NCBI GenBank assembly: GCA_030430565.1
Contig: JAUIKS010000008.1
Location: forward strand, 47,225-111,224
DNA: 64,000 bases
Origin: Polyangia bacterium
GTDB lineage: Bacteria > Myxococcota_A > Polyangia > Nannocystales > Nannocystaceae
Reading direction: 5' to 3'
Shown here: one piece after another, positions 39,650 through 49,534 of the stretch
How the letters are laid out: each line of letters opens with the position of its first letter
How positions within the stretch are numbered: position 1 is the first letter of the stretch
The notes under the pieces: generated by a model
Told to the model about the DNA's origin: nothing
The model's input: only the letters and a program-made list of their open reading frames with translations
Database searches by the model: none
Program-made: the position numbers and the translations under genes

Positions 39650-40450
39650 TCATCGACGGGCCCACACCACCGGGCGGCGCGGCTCCGCCGTGACGGGCAC
39701 GCGCGGGGCCTCGACGACCACCACCGAGATGTTGTCGGCGCCGCCCGCCGTGTTGGCGAAGTCGACCAGCGCGTCGGCGGATCCCTCGAGCGTCCCGGGG
39801 ACCAGGTCGGTCAGCGCGTCGTCGTTGGCGAGGTAGTTCGAGAGGCCGTCCGAGCAGAGCACGTAGCGATCGCCGGGCGCGACGGCGAGCGCGAGCGCGT
39901 CGATGTCGACCGTGGGCGTGGTGCCGAGCGCGCGCGTGAGCGAGTGGCGGAAGGGGTGGGTCTTGGCGCGCTCCTCGCTGAGGATGCCCGCGCGCACCAT
40001 GTCCTCGGCGAGGGTGTGATCGCGGCTGAGTCGCGTCGTCATGCCGCGCCGGATCCGGTACAGCCGCGAGTCGCCGACGTGCGCCATCACGGCGTGCGCG
40101 CCGGCGGTCAGCAGCACCGTCAAGGTGCTGCCCATCCCCTGCAGCTTCGGGTCACGGCGGGCGCGCTCGAACACGACCCCGCAGGCGACGAGCGTTGACC
40201 ACTCGGCCAGGTTGATGAGCTCGCCGATGGGCGCGCGCCCGCTGGCGACCGCGACGCGGATCCCCTGCCCGTCCGCGACGCACCGGCGCACCTGCTCGAT
40301 CGCGAGCCGCGACGCGAGCTCACCAGCCGCGCAGCCGCCCATGCCGTCGGCGACCGCGTAGACGCCGAGCTGGTCGTCGACGAGGAGGCTGTCCTCATTG
40401 TTCGCGCGAAGTTGTCCGCGGTGCGTGGAACCGGTCCCGGTGAAATTCAT
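39650..40450 (-). CDS. PP2C-family Ser/Thr protein phosphatase
   Basis: Start MNFTGTGSTHRGQLRANNEDS. AVADGMGG, CSDGL, GGADNISVVVV motifs. Confidence 0.85.
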   Translation of the reverse strand: MNFTGTGSTHRGQLRANNEDSLLVDDQLGVYAVADGMGGCAAGELASRLAIEQVRRCVADGQGIRVAVASGRAPIGELINLAEWSTLVACGVVFERARRDPKLQGMGSTLTVLLTAGAHAVMAHVGDSRLYRIRRGMTTRLSRDHTLAEDMVRAGILSEERAKTHPFRHSLTRALGTTPTVDIDALALAVAPGDRYVLCSDGLSNYLANDDALTDLVPGTLEGSADALVDFANTAGGADNISVVVVEAPRVPVTAEPRRPVVWARR

Positions 40451-40647
40451 CGCTCCGCTCCTGTGTTCGTTAGTTGGAGCCGCGGGCGCGGAGAAGGGTG
40501 CACGGCGCGAGCGCACGCCCGCGCGCGCCCGCGCGGGGCGAGTTTCGTGGGTTCGCGGGCGTGCACCCTCTGGCGCCCGCGCTGCCTCCAACGATCGAGG
40601 CATCGAGAGCCGGGGCCGCGACGCGGCCACCGCGAGGGAGGGGCAGC

Positions 40648-41448
40648 ATGCGTCAGTCCGTCCACAGCACCTACACGCCACCCAGCGCGCCGCGAACGCG
40701 CTGGGTCGGCGAGTACCAGCTCATCCGCCGGATCGCCGACGGCGGCTTCGGCGAGGTCCACCAAGCCCTCGCGCCGTCACGCGGCATCGTCGCGCTCAAG
40801 CTCCCGCTCGAGAACAACGAGCGGGCGATCGAGGACTTCGAGCGCGAGGCGACGGTGCTCCGCGAGCTCGACCACCCCAACATCGTGCCGCTGCTGGCCG
40901 CCGAGTGGATCGACGGGCTCCCGGTCTTGGTGTTCCCGCTCGCTGACACCTCCCTCGACACGCTCGTCGAGGACGGCGTCGGCACCGACGCGGCGCTCGA
41001 CTACGCCGAGCAGCTGCTGAGCGGGCTCGCGTACATGCACCGACGCGGCTTCCTCCACTGCGACCTCAAGCCCGGCAACCTGCTCCTGCTCCCGGACGAC
41101 ACCCTCGTGCTCGCGGACTTCGGCCTCGCGCGCCCGATCGGGGACGAGCACGCGCACACGACCTCGGGGACCGCCGAGTACATGGCCCCCGAGCACCGCG
41201 ACGGCGTCGTCTCGACCCGCTCCGACGTGTACGAGGCCGCGGTCGTGATCGTCGAGTTGCTCTCGGGCTGGCTCGTCGAGAACCCCGAGGAGGTCTCCGT
41301 GCGCGAGGTCCTGCCCCGCTCGAGTCGATGCCGGGCGCTCGCGTGCGTGCTCCAGCGCGCACTCGACCCGAACCCGAACGCGCGCTACCCCGACGGCGCC
41401 GCGTTCGCGCGCGCGTTCCGTCACGCGCTGCGCCGCCGCCTTCACTGA
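40648..41448 (+). CDS. Ser/Thr protein kinase (catalytic domain only, about 266 aa)
   Basis: ATG preceded by GAGGGAGGGG. GGFGEVHQA, VALK, HCDLKPGNLLL, DFGLAR, AEYMAPE motifs. Divergent from the PP2C gene. ORF-track 5' extensions were rejected. Confidence 0.85.
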   Translation: MRQSVHSTYTPPSAPRTRWVGEYQLIRRIADGGFGEVHQALAPSRGIVALKLPLENNERAIEDFEREATVLRELDHPNIVPLLAAEWIDGLPVLVFPLADTSLDTLVEDGVGTDAALDYAEQLLSGLAYMHRRGFLHCDLKPGNLLLLPDDTLVLADFGLARPIGDEHAHTTSGTAEYMAPEHRDGVVSTRSDVYEAAVVIVELLSGWLVENPEEVSVREVLPRSSRCRALACVLQRALDPNPNARYPDGAAFARAFRHALRRRLH

Positions 41449-41482
41449 CCTCGGGCTTCGAACAACGCGACCGGGACCGCCC

Positions 41483-41995
41483 TCAAGTCTCGTCGCGCCC
41501 GGGCGCCTCGGCGAAGAACTCCTTGAACGCCTCAGCGAGCGCCCCGTAACGATCGTGAGGGGCCGCCCCGGCGTCCGTGACCCACTCTGCGCTGTTTCGC
41601 CGCCCGCACTCGTTCTCGATCGTGAACGTGTAGAAAACGGGGTGGAGGATGAATTGCGGGGACTCGCGCGAGAGCACCCCATAGGCGACGTGCTCGCGGA
41701 TCAACGTCTCGAGGAACGCCCGACGCGCCGCCGGCGAATAGCGCGAAGAGACGTCCTCGGCCTCAGCAGAGAAGCCGCGCGTTCGCAGGGTCCGCGCGCC
41801 CGAGATCTCGAACTTCTCCATGCTCCCGCCGTGCCCTGGGTCGTGGACGACGCTGAGCGCCACCTTCGTCGGTGGACAGACGTCAATCGAGAGCGAGCCG
41901 AGCTTGTCGTGGCTCGTGCACGCCACGAGCGTCACGGCGAGCGCCACGGAGTGGGCCGTCCACCAGCGCCTTGTACGAGGGAGCATTCGCATCAT
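41483..41995 (-). CDS. Hypothetical lipoprotein
   Basis: Start MMRMLPRTRRWWTAHSVALAVTLVACTS (lipobox LVAC). Non-shadow composition (F/Y/K/E-rich). This is the C-terminal third of the 41483..43006 ORF; the upstream part is antisense to gshB-like and was rejected. Confidence 0.5.
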   Translation of the reverse strand: MMRMLPRTRRWWTAHSVALAVTLVACTSHDKLGSLSIDVCPPTKVALSVVHDPGHGGSMEKFEISGARTLRTRGFSAEAEDVSSRYSPAARRAFLETLIREHVAYGVLSRESPQFILHPVFYTFTIENECGRRNSAEWVTDAGAAPHDRYGALAEAFKEFFAEAPGRDET

Positions 41996-42194
41996 CACGA
42001 CGCTCACCCGTCCATCGTACCCCGACGACGCGCACCCGGGCCGACAGCGCGGATGCGCCCGAAACCGCGCATTCACGCCCCTGGAGGCCGCTGGAGCCCA
42101 GTCCGGCGCGGCGGGCGAAGAAAACGCTGCACCGTTTCCCGCGGCGCGCGACTCCAATCGGGTAGAGCCTCCGCCCACGACCTGGAGCGAGCCG

Positions 42195-43235
42195 ATGACC
42201 CCGAGCACCGCCCCCTCACGCGCCGCGCAGACGCCCCGCGTCGGCGTGCTGATCAACGAGTTCGAGACGCTCTCGCCGAGCCAGGCGACCACCGCGATGA
42301 TCGGCGAGCTCACGCGCCGCCACGTCGACACCTGGGTGTTCGGGGTCGGCGACCTCGAGCTCGACGACCGCGGCCGGGTGATCGCGCGCGCGCGTCGGGC
42401 CAGCCTCAGCGGCCGCCCGGAGCGGATCGTCGTCGCGCTGCGATCCGCGGCGCCGGAGACCATCGTCGTCGACGCGCTCGCGGCCGTGCTCGTCCGCACC
42501 AACCCGCCGCGCGATCGAAGAGACAGCCTGCACACGCTCGCGCTGCAGCTGCTCCGCTTCGCGCGCGAGCGCGGCGTGCTCGTGCTCAACGACCCCGACG
42601 GCCTCGCGCTCGCGAGCTCCAAGCTGTTCCTCGGGATGCTCCCGGCGAGCGTCCGCCCGCGCACGATCGCGAGCGCCGACGCGGCGACGCTGCGCCGCTT
42701 CGTCCGCGAGGCCCGCGGGCCCTCGGTGCTCAAGCCCGCCGCCGGCACCCAGGGCCGGGGCGTCTTCCGCGTCGCGCCCGGCGAGCCGAACCTCAACCAG
42801 ATCATCGAGAGCCTGCTCGAGCGCGGCATGGTGATCGCCCAGGAGTTCGTCCCCGCGGCCGCGCGCGGCGACACCCGCGTCATCCTCGTCGACGGCGCGC
42901 TGCTGCGCTCCGGCGACGCGGTCGCGGCGGTCCAGCGCGTGCCCCAGGGCGGAGACTTCCGCAGCAACGTGCACGTCGGCGGGGTCCCGCGCCTCGGCGT
43001 GATCACGCCCGGGATCCAGCGCGTGATCGCGGAGGTCGGGCCGCTGCTCGCTGGTCACGGCCTGTTCCTCGTCGGCCTCGACCTCATCGGCGACCGCGTG
43101 TGCGAGATCAACGTGTTCAGCCCCGGCGGCCTCCCAGATCTCGAGCGCTTCACCGGCCAGCCGTTCACGCGCGCGCTGATCGATCGCGTGCTCGACAAGC
43201 TCGCCGGCGTCGACTCGCTCCGCGCGGCCAGCTGA
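42195..43235 (+). CDS. gshB: Glutathione synthetase-like ATP-grasp enzyme
   Basis: Colinear with E. coli GshB. [31 protein letters not shown] matches [41 protein letters not shown] ... [16 protein letters not shown] and [21 protein letters not shown] match IFVGLDIIGDRLTEINVTSP. ORF-track 5' extension rejected. Confidence 0.85.
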   Translation: [346 protein letters not shown]

Positions 43236-43738
43236 CCCGTCAATCACCGACGCCGAGGTCGTCCCACTCGGTCCGGCCGCGCGAGCGCCCCCGGCACGAC
43301 CCGCAGAACGGCACGTCGCCGCAGCGGGGATCGGGGCGCAGCGCGTCGCGCTCGCCACACGCCGCGCACCGCCGCGGCGCGCGGAGCTCCTCATCAAGGT
43401 CGCTCTTCTCGTGGTGAATTTTTAAATATCCAAAAGGACAGGTTACCCGCCTTTCCTCGCTCGAAAATTCCCGGCGCGAGGCCGCGGCGCGCTGAGCCGC
43501 GGCCTCGCGCCTGGCCTCATGACGCGGACGAAGCGCCCGGCAGCGGCACAGCTCGCTCCGAGCCGCGGCTCGTGCGTCGGTTTGCGTCGACGGTCGCGGG
43601 CCACCGACGCGACGCTCTCGATGTCCGAGCGCCACCGCGTCGTCGCTCGCGCGGCGCTCGCTACGGGCGAAAGCGGCCACGCCAGCGCGCCGGCGAGCGC
43701 CACCCGAAGAGGCGCTCACCGCGAAAGTCCTCCGCCGC

Positions 43739-44368
43739 GTGTCCGAGCCGCGTCACGCCGCGGCATTAACCAACCACGGGGCTCCGCGAAGGAGCGCGCC
43801 CGTCGAGCCCGGTATGATTCACCACCGGACAACGGCGACAGACGTGGACAGACGCGAAACGGAGCAGGCGGTGCGGGCGCTGAGCGATGCGGACTGGTAT
43901 CGCCTCCGCCAGGCGTCCCGCTTCCTCGCCTGGCGAGCCCACGATCTCGACGCCGACGCGCTGCTCGCCGAGGCCGTGGTGCGAACGCTCGACGGCCGCC
44001 GCGTGTGGCGGCGCGACGCGGTCGACTTCACCGGACACCTCATCGGCGTGATGCGCAGCGTCGCCTACCACGATCGCGTGGCGATCGGCATGACGAAGGT
44101 CGGCACGCCGTCGCGCCTCCCACAGCTGCGGGACGTCGACCCGGACGATCGCCTCGGCGCGCAGCAGCAGATCGCGCGGGTGCTCTCGTACTTTCAAGAG
44201 CGCGGCGACGACGAGGCGCTGCGTGTCCTCGGGGCCATGAAGCACGGAGCGCGCGGCGCCGAGATCCGCGCGCGCCTCGAGCTCTCGCGCCGCGAGCTCG
44301 AGACGATCATGCGCCGCATCCGTCGCGGCGCGCATCGAGTCGCGCTCGCGCAGGGCGGGCTCTCCTAG
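43739..44368 (+). CDS. Hypothetical regulatory protein with a C-terminal sigma-70-region-4-like HTH
   Basis: C-terminal ARGAEIRARLELSRRELETIMRRIRR resembles a region-4/LuxR-type HTH. The N-terminal region has no recognisable sigma region 2. Start uncertain (alternative MIHHR at 43814). Confidence 0.4.
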   Translation: MSEPRHAAALTNHGAPRRSAPVEPGMIHHRTTATDVDRRETEQAVRALSDADWYRLRQASRFLAWRAHDLDADALLAEAVVRTLDGRRVWRRDAVDFTGHLIGVMRSVAYHDRVAIGMTKVGTPSRLPQLRDVDPDDRLGAQQQIARVLSYFQERGDDEALRVLGAMKHGARGAEIRARLELSRRELETIMRRIRRGAHRVALAQGGLS

Positions 44369-44369
44369 C

Positions 44370-45569
44370 TCAGCGACCGATCCAGCCGCGGCGCACGAAG
44401 AACACGACCATGACGCCGGAGACCATCACCATCATCGCGAGCGCGACCGGGTAGCCGTAGTACCAGCGCGTCTCGGGCATGTTCAGCGGCGAGCTCCCGG
44501 GATCGAAGTTCATCCCGTAGACGCCGGCGATGAACGACAGCGGGATGAAGATCGTGGAGATGATCGTGAGCACCTTCATGACCTCGTTCATGCGGTGCGA
44601 GGCCAGCGACATGAACAGATCGATCGAGCTGCTCGTCAGCTCGCGCTGCAGCTCGACGGTCTCCGCGAGCCTGCTCGCGTGCTCGTAGACGTCGCGCAGA
44701 AAGGTGCGGGTCTCCTCGCGAATCACCTCGGAGTCGGCGTGAATCAGGCGGTCGGCGATCTCGCGCAGCGGCCGGATCAGTCGGCGCAGCGACGTGAGCT
44801 CGCGGCGGACCGTGTAGATATCGCGCAGCTGTGACTGCGCGGTGTGACGAAAGACGCGCGTCTCCAAGTTGTCGAGCAGGTCACCGTAGCGCTCGAGCAC
44901 GGGGACGCAGTGATCGACCAGCGCGTCGAGCAGCGCGTACAGCAAGAAGTCCGCCCCCGCCCGCCGCACGCGGGTCCCCTCGGTTCGGATTCGCGCGCGC
45001 ACAGGCTCCCAGATGTCGCCCGGGGTCTCTTGAAAGGTGATCAGGGTGTCGCCGCAGAGGAACAGGCTGACCTGCTCTGAGATGAGCGCGTCGTCGACCA
45101 GGCGGAGCATGCGCACGAAGACGACGAGGTGATCGGTGTATCGATCGACGCGCGGCCGCTGCGTAGCGTGCAGCGCGTCCTCGGCCGCGAGCGTGTGGAA
45201 GCCGTAGCGTCGCTGCATCTCGCGGATGACGAAGGGGTTGAGGCCGTCGATGTTGATCCAGCGCGCCCCGCCCTCGGGAGCCCGCTCGTCGGGCGGGAGC
45301 GCCTCGATCGTGTTCGCGCTCCCGTCGCTGTACGTGTCGTGGCTGTACTCCATCCACGAGACCTGGACGTCGCCGGGCGCCGCCGGCGTGTTCGCGCCGT
45401 GCACCGCGTCGATCCCCGGGGGCGCGCCGGGTGGCGCGCTCATTTGATCGCCGTCGAGATCCAGGCCGTGGAGATCGAGCAGCGATCCGAGCACGCGGCC
45501 GATCTGCCCGAGGATGCTGCGGCTCGCGTCGCTCTCGCTCGCGTCGTTGTTCGTGGTCTTGTCCGCCAT
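44370..45569 (-). CDS. corA: Magnesium/cobalt transporter CorA
   Basis: C-terminal two TM helices with the GMN motif (YGMNFDPG). Start MADKTTNNDASE preceded by GGAGAGGA. Confidence 0.9.
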   Translation of the reverse strand: MADKTTNNDASESDASRSILGQIGRVLGSLLDLHGLDLDGDQMSAPPGAPPGIDAVHGANTPAAPGDVQVSWMEYSHDTYSDGSANTIEALPPDERAPEGGARWINIDGLNPFVIREMQRRYGFHTLAAEDALHATQRPRVDRYTDHLVVFVRMLRLVDDALISEQVSLFLCGDTLITFQETPGDIWEPVRARIRTEGTRVRRAGADFLLYALLDALVDHCVPVLERYGDLLDNLETRVFRHTAQSQLRDIYTVRRELTSLRRLIRPLREIADRLIHADSEVIREETRTFLRDVYEHASRLAETVELQRELTSSSIDLFMSLASHRMNEVMKVLTIISTIFIPLSFIAGVYGMNFDPGSSPLNMPETRWYYGYPVALAMMVMVSGVMVVFFVRRGWIGR

Positions 45570-45626
45570 CAAAAGTCCTCTCCGCTGCGGTTCGCCGCCT
45601 CTCGATATGGACAGCGCGGATAATTT

Positions 45627-46535
45627 GTGCAAGCCATGGAATTAATGCCGTACACCATCGCGACCGCGCTGTTCTCCCATCTTGACCCCCTGATCGCCGC
45701 GATCGACTGGGCTGGCAAGATGCAGGAGTGGGTCGATAAGCACGGCCCAGGGATCATCGCGGGCGCCCTGAGCGGCGTCTTGGTGCTGCTCGTCGGCTTC
45801 GTCCTGATCCGCATCATCGTCGCGATGCTCGCCCGCGTGCTCCGGCGCCGAAAGGTGTCGACGCTGCTCGAGCGCTTCCTGCTCATGATCACGCGCCGCG
45901 CCCTCGGCGTCGTCGCGATCGTCGTCGCGCTCTCCGAGCTCGGCCTCGACGTGGCGCCGCTCATCGCCGGCCTCGGCATCGGCGGCTTCATCCTCGGCTT
46001 CGCGTTCCAGGAGACGCTCGGCAACCTCGCGGCCGGGCTCATGCTGCTGATCAACGAGCCGTTCAAAGAGGGCGACTGGATCGAGGCCGCCGGCACCTCG
46101 GGGACGGTCACGGACCTGACGATCATGGCGACGACGCTCGCGACCGGCGACAACAAGCTGGTGACGGTCCCGAACCGCAAGGTCTGGGGCGACAAGATCG
46201 TCAACTTCAACGCGCTCAAGACCCGCCGCGTCGACATGGTGTTCGGCGTCGCCTACAGCTCGGATATCGGGACCGTGATCGGGGTGATCAACGCGGTCGT
46301 CACCGCGCACCCGATGGTGCACAAGGAGCCGGCGCCGAAGATCGCGGTCGGCGAGCTGATGGACTCGTCGATCAACCTGGTCGTTCGGCCATGGTGCGAC
46401 ACGCCGAACTTCTGGGCGGTCAAGTTCGACCTGACGCGTCAGATCAAGGAGGCGCTCGATCGCGAGAACATCGAGATCCCCTTCCCGCAGATGGATCTTC
46501 ATGTCCGCGACATCGCCAACTCGCGCGTCGCCTAA
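45627..46535 (+). CDS. mscS: Small-conductance mechanosensitive channel (MscS family)
   Basis: TM helices followed by the conserved MscS beta domain (GDWIEAAGTSGTVTDLTIMATTLATGDNKLVTVPN). Confidence 0.85.
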   Translation: MQAMELMPYTIATALFSHLDPLIAAIDWAGKMQEWVDKHGPGIIAGALSGVLVLLVGFVLIRIIVAMLARVLRRRKVSTLLERFLLMITRRALGVVAIVVALSELGLDVAPLIAGLGIGGFILGFAFQETLGNLAAGLMLLINEPFKEGDWIEAAGTSGTVTDLTIMATTLATGDNKLVTVPNRKVWGDKIVNFNALKTRRVDMVFGVAYSSDIGTVIGVINAVVTAHPMVHKEPAPKIAVGELMDSSINLVVRPWCDTPNFWAVKFDLTRQIKEALDRENIEIPFPQMDLHVRDIANSRVA

Positions 46536-46544
46536 CGAGCAGGC

Positions 46545-48971
46545 ATGAAAGCGACCGGAGCGGCCCTGATCGCGGTCGCGGCGGTCGTGATGGTAGGTGG
46601 CGGCCTCGAGCCCGCGCCTGCGAGCACGACCCCCGCGGCGACCGCAGCGCCAGCCAGCGGCGAGGAGCTGCTGCCGGGGGCCCACGAGCTCGTCTCGCGC
46701 TCGCTGGACCTCGAGACCGAGGCGTCCCAGGCGCGGCAACAGCTCAGCCGCATCGCCACGACCCAGGCCAACGACGACGAGCTCGTGCTCACGCGCGCGC
46801 GGGTCGAGTCACTGCGAACCCAGCTCGACGCGCTCGAGCGCGAGACCTACCTCCGCCCCGAGCGCCTGACGCAGCTGCGTGAGCAGGCGCGGCTGCGACG
46901 CGGGGACCTGGAGAGCGAGCGTCAGCGGCTCGCGGAGCGCGTCGAGACCCTCGACGAGCTCCGCTCGGCGTGGGTCGAGCGCCGGCGCTTCTGGACCGAG
47001 TGGCGGAGCTCGCTCTCCAGCGACAAGGACGTCCCGCGCGACACCAACAAAGAGTTCTCCAGCGCGCTCCGGCAGATCGGCGAGGTGCTGACGAGCGCGC
47101 GCGAGCGCTACTCTGACGCGCTCGACCGACAGCGCCAGCTCGCGAGCCTCCAGCGCGAGCTGCTCTCGATCGAGAGCCACTCGTTCGAGCTGATCCGCCA
47201 GGGCCGCGCGCGACGCTGGCAGCGTGACGCGCCGACGCTGTTCTCGCGCGACTTCGGCTCACGCCTCGCCGCGGTGTCGGTCAACGAGATCCGCGAGGGG
47301 ATCGCGGGGACGCCGATCACGGACCTCGCGTTTCTGCGCCGCTCGAGCTGGGCGCTGCTGCTGCACGCGCTCGCGATCATCGGGGTCGCGATCGTCGCCC
47401 GGAGGCTCCACGCGCGCGCCGTGCCGTCGTCGGACGCGGCCGCCGCGTTCGCGCGCCCGTGGCTCACGGGCACCTTCGTCGCGACCGCCCTCGCGAGCGT
47501 GCTGTACCAGCCCATGCCGGCGCTGTGGGAGCTGCTGTTGATCCTCACGCTCGCGGTCACGGGCGCGCTGCAAGCGTCGCTGGTGTTCACCGCGCGCGGC
47601 GATCAGCGACTGATCCGCGGGCTCGCGATCGTCTACCCGCTGCTCTTCGCCCTCGAGATCACCGCGTTCCCGGCCCCGCTGTTCCGGCTCGTGTTTACCC
47701 TCGTCTGCTCGGTGGGCGCGCCGCTCTTGCTGCTCAACGCGCTGCGTCACGAGCAGACCTCCACGCTCGCGCGGCGCGTGCGGATCGGGACGTTCGTCGG
47801 CGCCGGCCTGCTGTTTATCGCGCTCGGCGGTCAGCTGATCGGCTTCGAAGCCTTCGCGCGCTGGCTGCTGCAGGCCACCGTGGCCACCGCCTTCGTCGCC
47901 TACATCATCGCGTACCTGATGCGCCTCGGCGGCACTGCGCTCGTCGTGCTCGCGGACGCGCCGCAGGGTCCCGAGGCGGGCTTCGTCGAGCGCGCCGGAC
48001 AAATGATCGCCTCGCACGCGCGCTGGATCGTTCGCACCGCGCTGATCGTGGCGGCGGCGATCTTCGTCGCGGACGTCTGGGGCCTCATCGGCTCCCTCGA
48101 GGACTTCTGGAATTCCCTGCGCGAGCTCGGCGTTCAGCTCGGTGAGACGCGGCTGACCCTCGGCCGCGCGCTCGTCGCGATCTTGGTGCTCTACGCGACC
48201 TTCGTGTGCTCGTGGGTCGTCCGGACCCTGCTCGACGTGCACGTGTTTGAGCGCCGCGAGGTCGAGCCAGGCGTCGGCGACTCGATCAAGGCCATCCTGC
48301 ACTACTGCATGGTGGTCCTCGGCGCGTTCTGGGCGCTCGCGTCCCTGGGCATCAGCCTGCAGAACTTCGCGTTGATCGCCGGAGCGCTCAGCGTCGGCAT
48401 CGGCTTCGGGCTGCAGAACATCGTCAACAACTTCGTCAGCGGGCTCATCCTGCTGTTCGAGCGACCCGTCCGGGTCGGCGACGCGGTGTTCATCGGCGGC
48501 GAGTGGGGCGTGGTCAGGCGGATCGGGCTGCGCTCGACCGTCGTGCAGTCCTTCGATCGCACGGAGCTGATCGTCCCCAACTCGGACCTCGTCTCCGAGA
48601 AGGTCTCCAACTGGACGCTCTCCGATCGCGTCACTCGAGTCGTCATCCCGGTCGGCGTCGCCTACGGCAGCCCGGTCGAGACGGTGATGGAGATCCTCAA
48701 ACGCGTCGCGCGGGAGCACCCGCAGACCCTCCCGGATCCGCCGGTCGAGATCCTGTTCATGGGCTTCGGCGACAGCTCGCTCGACTTCGAGATCCGCCTG
48801 TGGATCGGCGAGGCGCTGCAGAAGCTGATCGTGCGCAGCGACGTGCTCAAGGCGGTCGATCGCGAGTTCAGGATCCACGACATCGAGATCCCCTTCCCGC
48901 AACGCGACCTGCACCTTCGCTCCGTCGACCCCGACGTCGCGCTCCGCATCGACAGCGCGAAGCCCTCCTAG
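46545..48971 (+). CDS. Large MscS-family mechanosensitive channel (MscK/KefA-like) with an N-terminal periplasmic coiled-coil region
   Basis: Signal peptide, a long coiled-coil region, about 11 TM helices, then the MscS core (GFGLQNIVNNFVSGLILLFERPVRVGDAVFIGGEWGVVRRIGLRSTVVQSFDRTELIVPNS). Confidence 0.85.
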   Translation: MKATGAALIAVAAVVMVGGGLEPAPASTTPAATAAPASGEELLPGAHELVSRSLDLETEASQARQQLSRIATTQANDDELVLTRARVESLRTQLDALERETYLRPERLTQLREQARLRRGDLESERQRLAERVETLDELRSAWVERRRFWTEWRSSLSSDKDVPRDTNKEFSSALRQIGEVLTSARERYSDALDRQRQLASLQRELLSIESHSFELIRQGRARRWQRDAPTLFSRDFGSRLAAVSVNEIREGIAGTPITDLAFLRRSSWALLLHALAIIGVAIVARRLHARAVPSSDAAAAFARPWLTGTFVATALASVLYQPMPALWELLLILTLAVTGALQASLVFTARGDQRLIRGLAIVYPLLFALEITAFPAPLFRLVFTLVCSVGAPLLLLNALRHEQTSTLARRVRIGTFVGAGLLFIALGGQLIGFEAFARWLLQATVATAFVAYIIAYLMRLGGTALVVLADAPQGPEAGFVERAGQMIASHARWIVRTALIVAAAIFVADVWGLIGSLEDFWNSLRELGVQLGETRLTLGRALVAILVLYATFVCSWVVRTLLDVHVFERREVEPGVGDSIKAILHYCMVVLGAFWALASLGISLQNFALIAGALSVGIGFGLQNIVNNFVSGLILLFERPVRVGDAVFIGGEWGVVRRIGLRSTVVQSFDRTELIVPNSDLVSEKVSNWTLSDRVTRVVIPVGVAYGSPVETVMEILKRVAREHPQTLPDPPVEILFMGFGDSSLDFEIRLWIGEALQKLIVRSDVLKAVDREFRIHDIEIPFPQRDLHLRSVDPDVALRIDSAKPS

Positions 48972-49055
48972 CCCTCACCGCTCCATCAACGACGCCAGTC
49001 AGCTCCAGCCGGCCCGGCGACGCCGCGTGTGATTCGGTGGTATGATCAAAATCAG

Positions 49056-49526
49056 ATGAGTCAACGCGAGAGCGAGCTCGCTGGACGCCCGCTCGTGGGG
49101 ACGCACGAGTACGTTTCCTTCCCCGAGTGGGGCGTCGCGAAGCTCAAGGCGAAGGTCGACACGGGCGCCAAGAACAGCGCGCTGCACGTCGAGGAGATCA
49201 AGCTCCTCGACGCGCGGCGCGTCGGCTTCGCCGTCCGCCTCGATCGCGAGGACCGCGATCGAAGCGTCCGCGTGACCGCCCCGATCGCGCGACGGGGGCG
49301 CGTACGATCGAGCACGGGCGTGCTCGAGGAGCGAACCTTCGTGCGCGCCGTGGTCCGCGTCGGGGCGGCCGAGCTCGAGATCGAGCTGAGCCTCGTCGAC
49401 CGGGCCGAGATGCTGTATCGAATGCTGCTCGGGCGTGAGACGCTCAAGCGCGGGGATTTCCTCGTCGACGTGGGTCGCCGCTACGTACAGAAGCCGACCC
49501 CGCGCAGACGAAGACAGAAGGGCTGA
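49056..49526 (+). CDS. RimK-associated retropepsin-like aspartic protease ('ATP-dependent zinc protease' family)
   Basis: Small protein immediately upstream of rimK. VDTGAKNSALH (D-T/S-G aspartic protease motif). Start MSQRESELAGRP is inferred; ORF-track start 49029 is the alternative. Confidence 0.65.
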   Translation: MSQRESELAGRPLVGTHEYVSFPEWGVAKLKAKVDTGAKNSALHVEEIKLLDARRVGFAVRLDREDRDRSVRVTAPIARRGRVRSSTGVLEERTFVRAVVRVGAAELEIELSLVDRAEMLYRMLLGRETLKRGDFLVDVGRRYVQKPTPRRRRQKG

Positions 49527-49534
49527 TTCGAACG

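Noticed and set aside
41996-43006. N-terminal two-thirds of the 507-aa minus ORF, and the 42216..43397 minus ORF
   Set aside because: Antisense to the GshB-like gene. Only the C-terminal lipoprotein part (41483-41995) was kept.
43240-43719. 159-aa minus ORF with a Cys-rich C-terminal segment (CAACGE ... CGSCRG), a possible zinc ribbon
   Set aside because: No plausible start codon or RBS for the Cys-rich segment alone. Composition upstream is shadow-like. Left unannotated.
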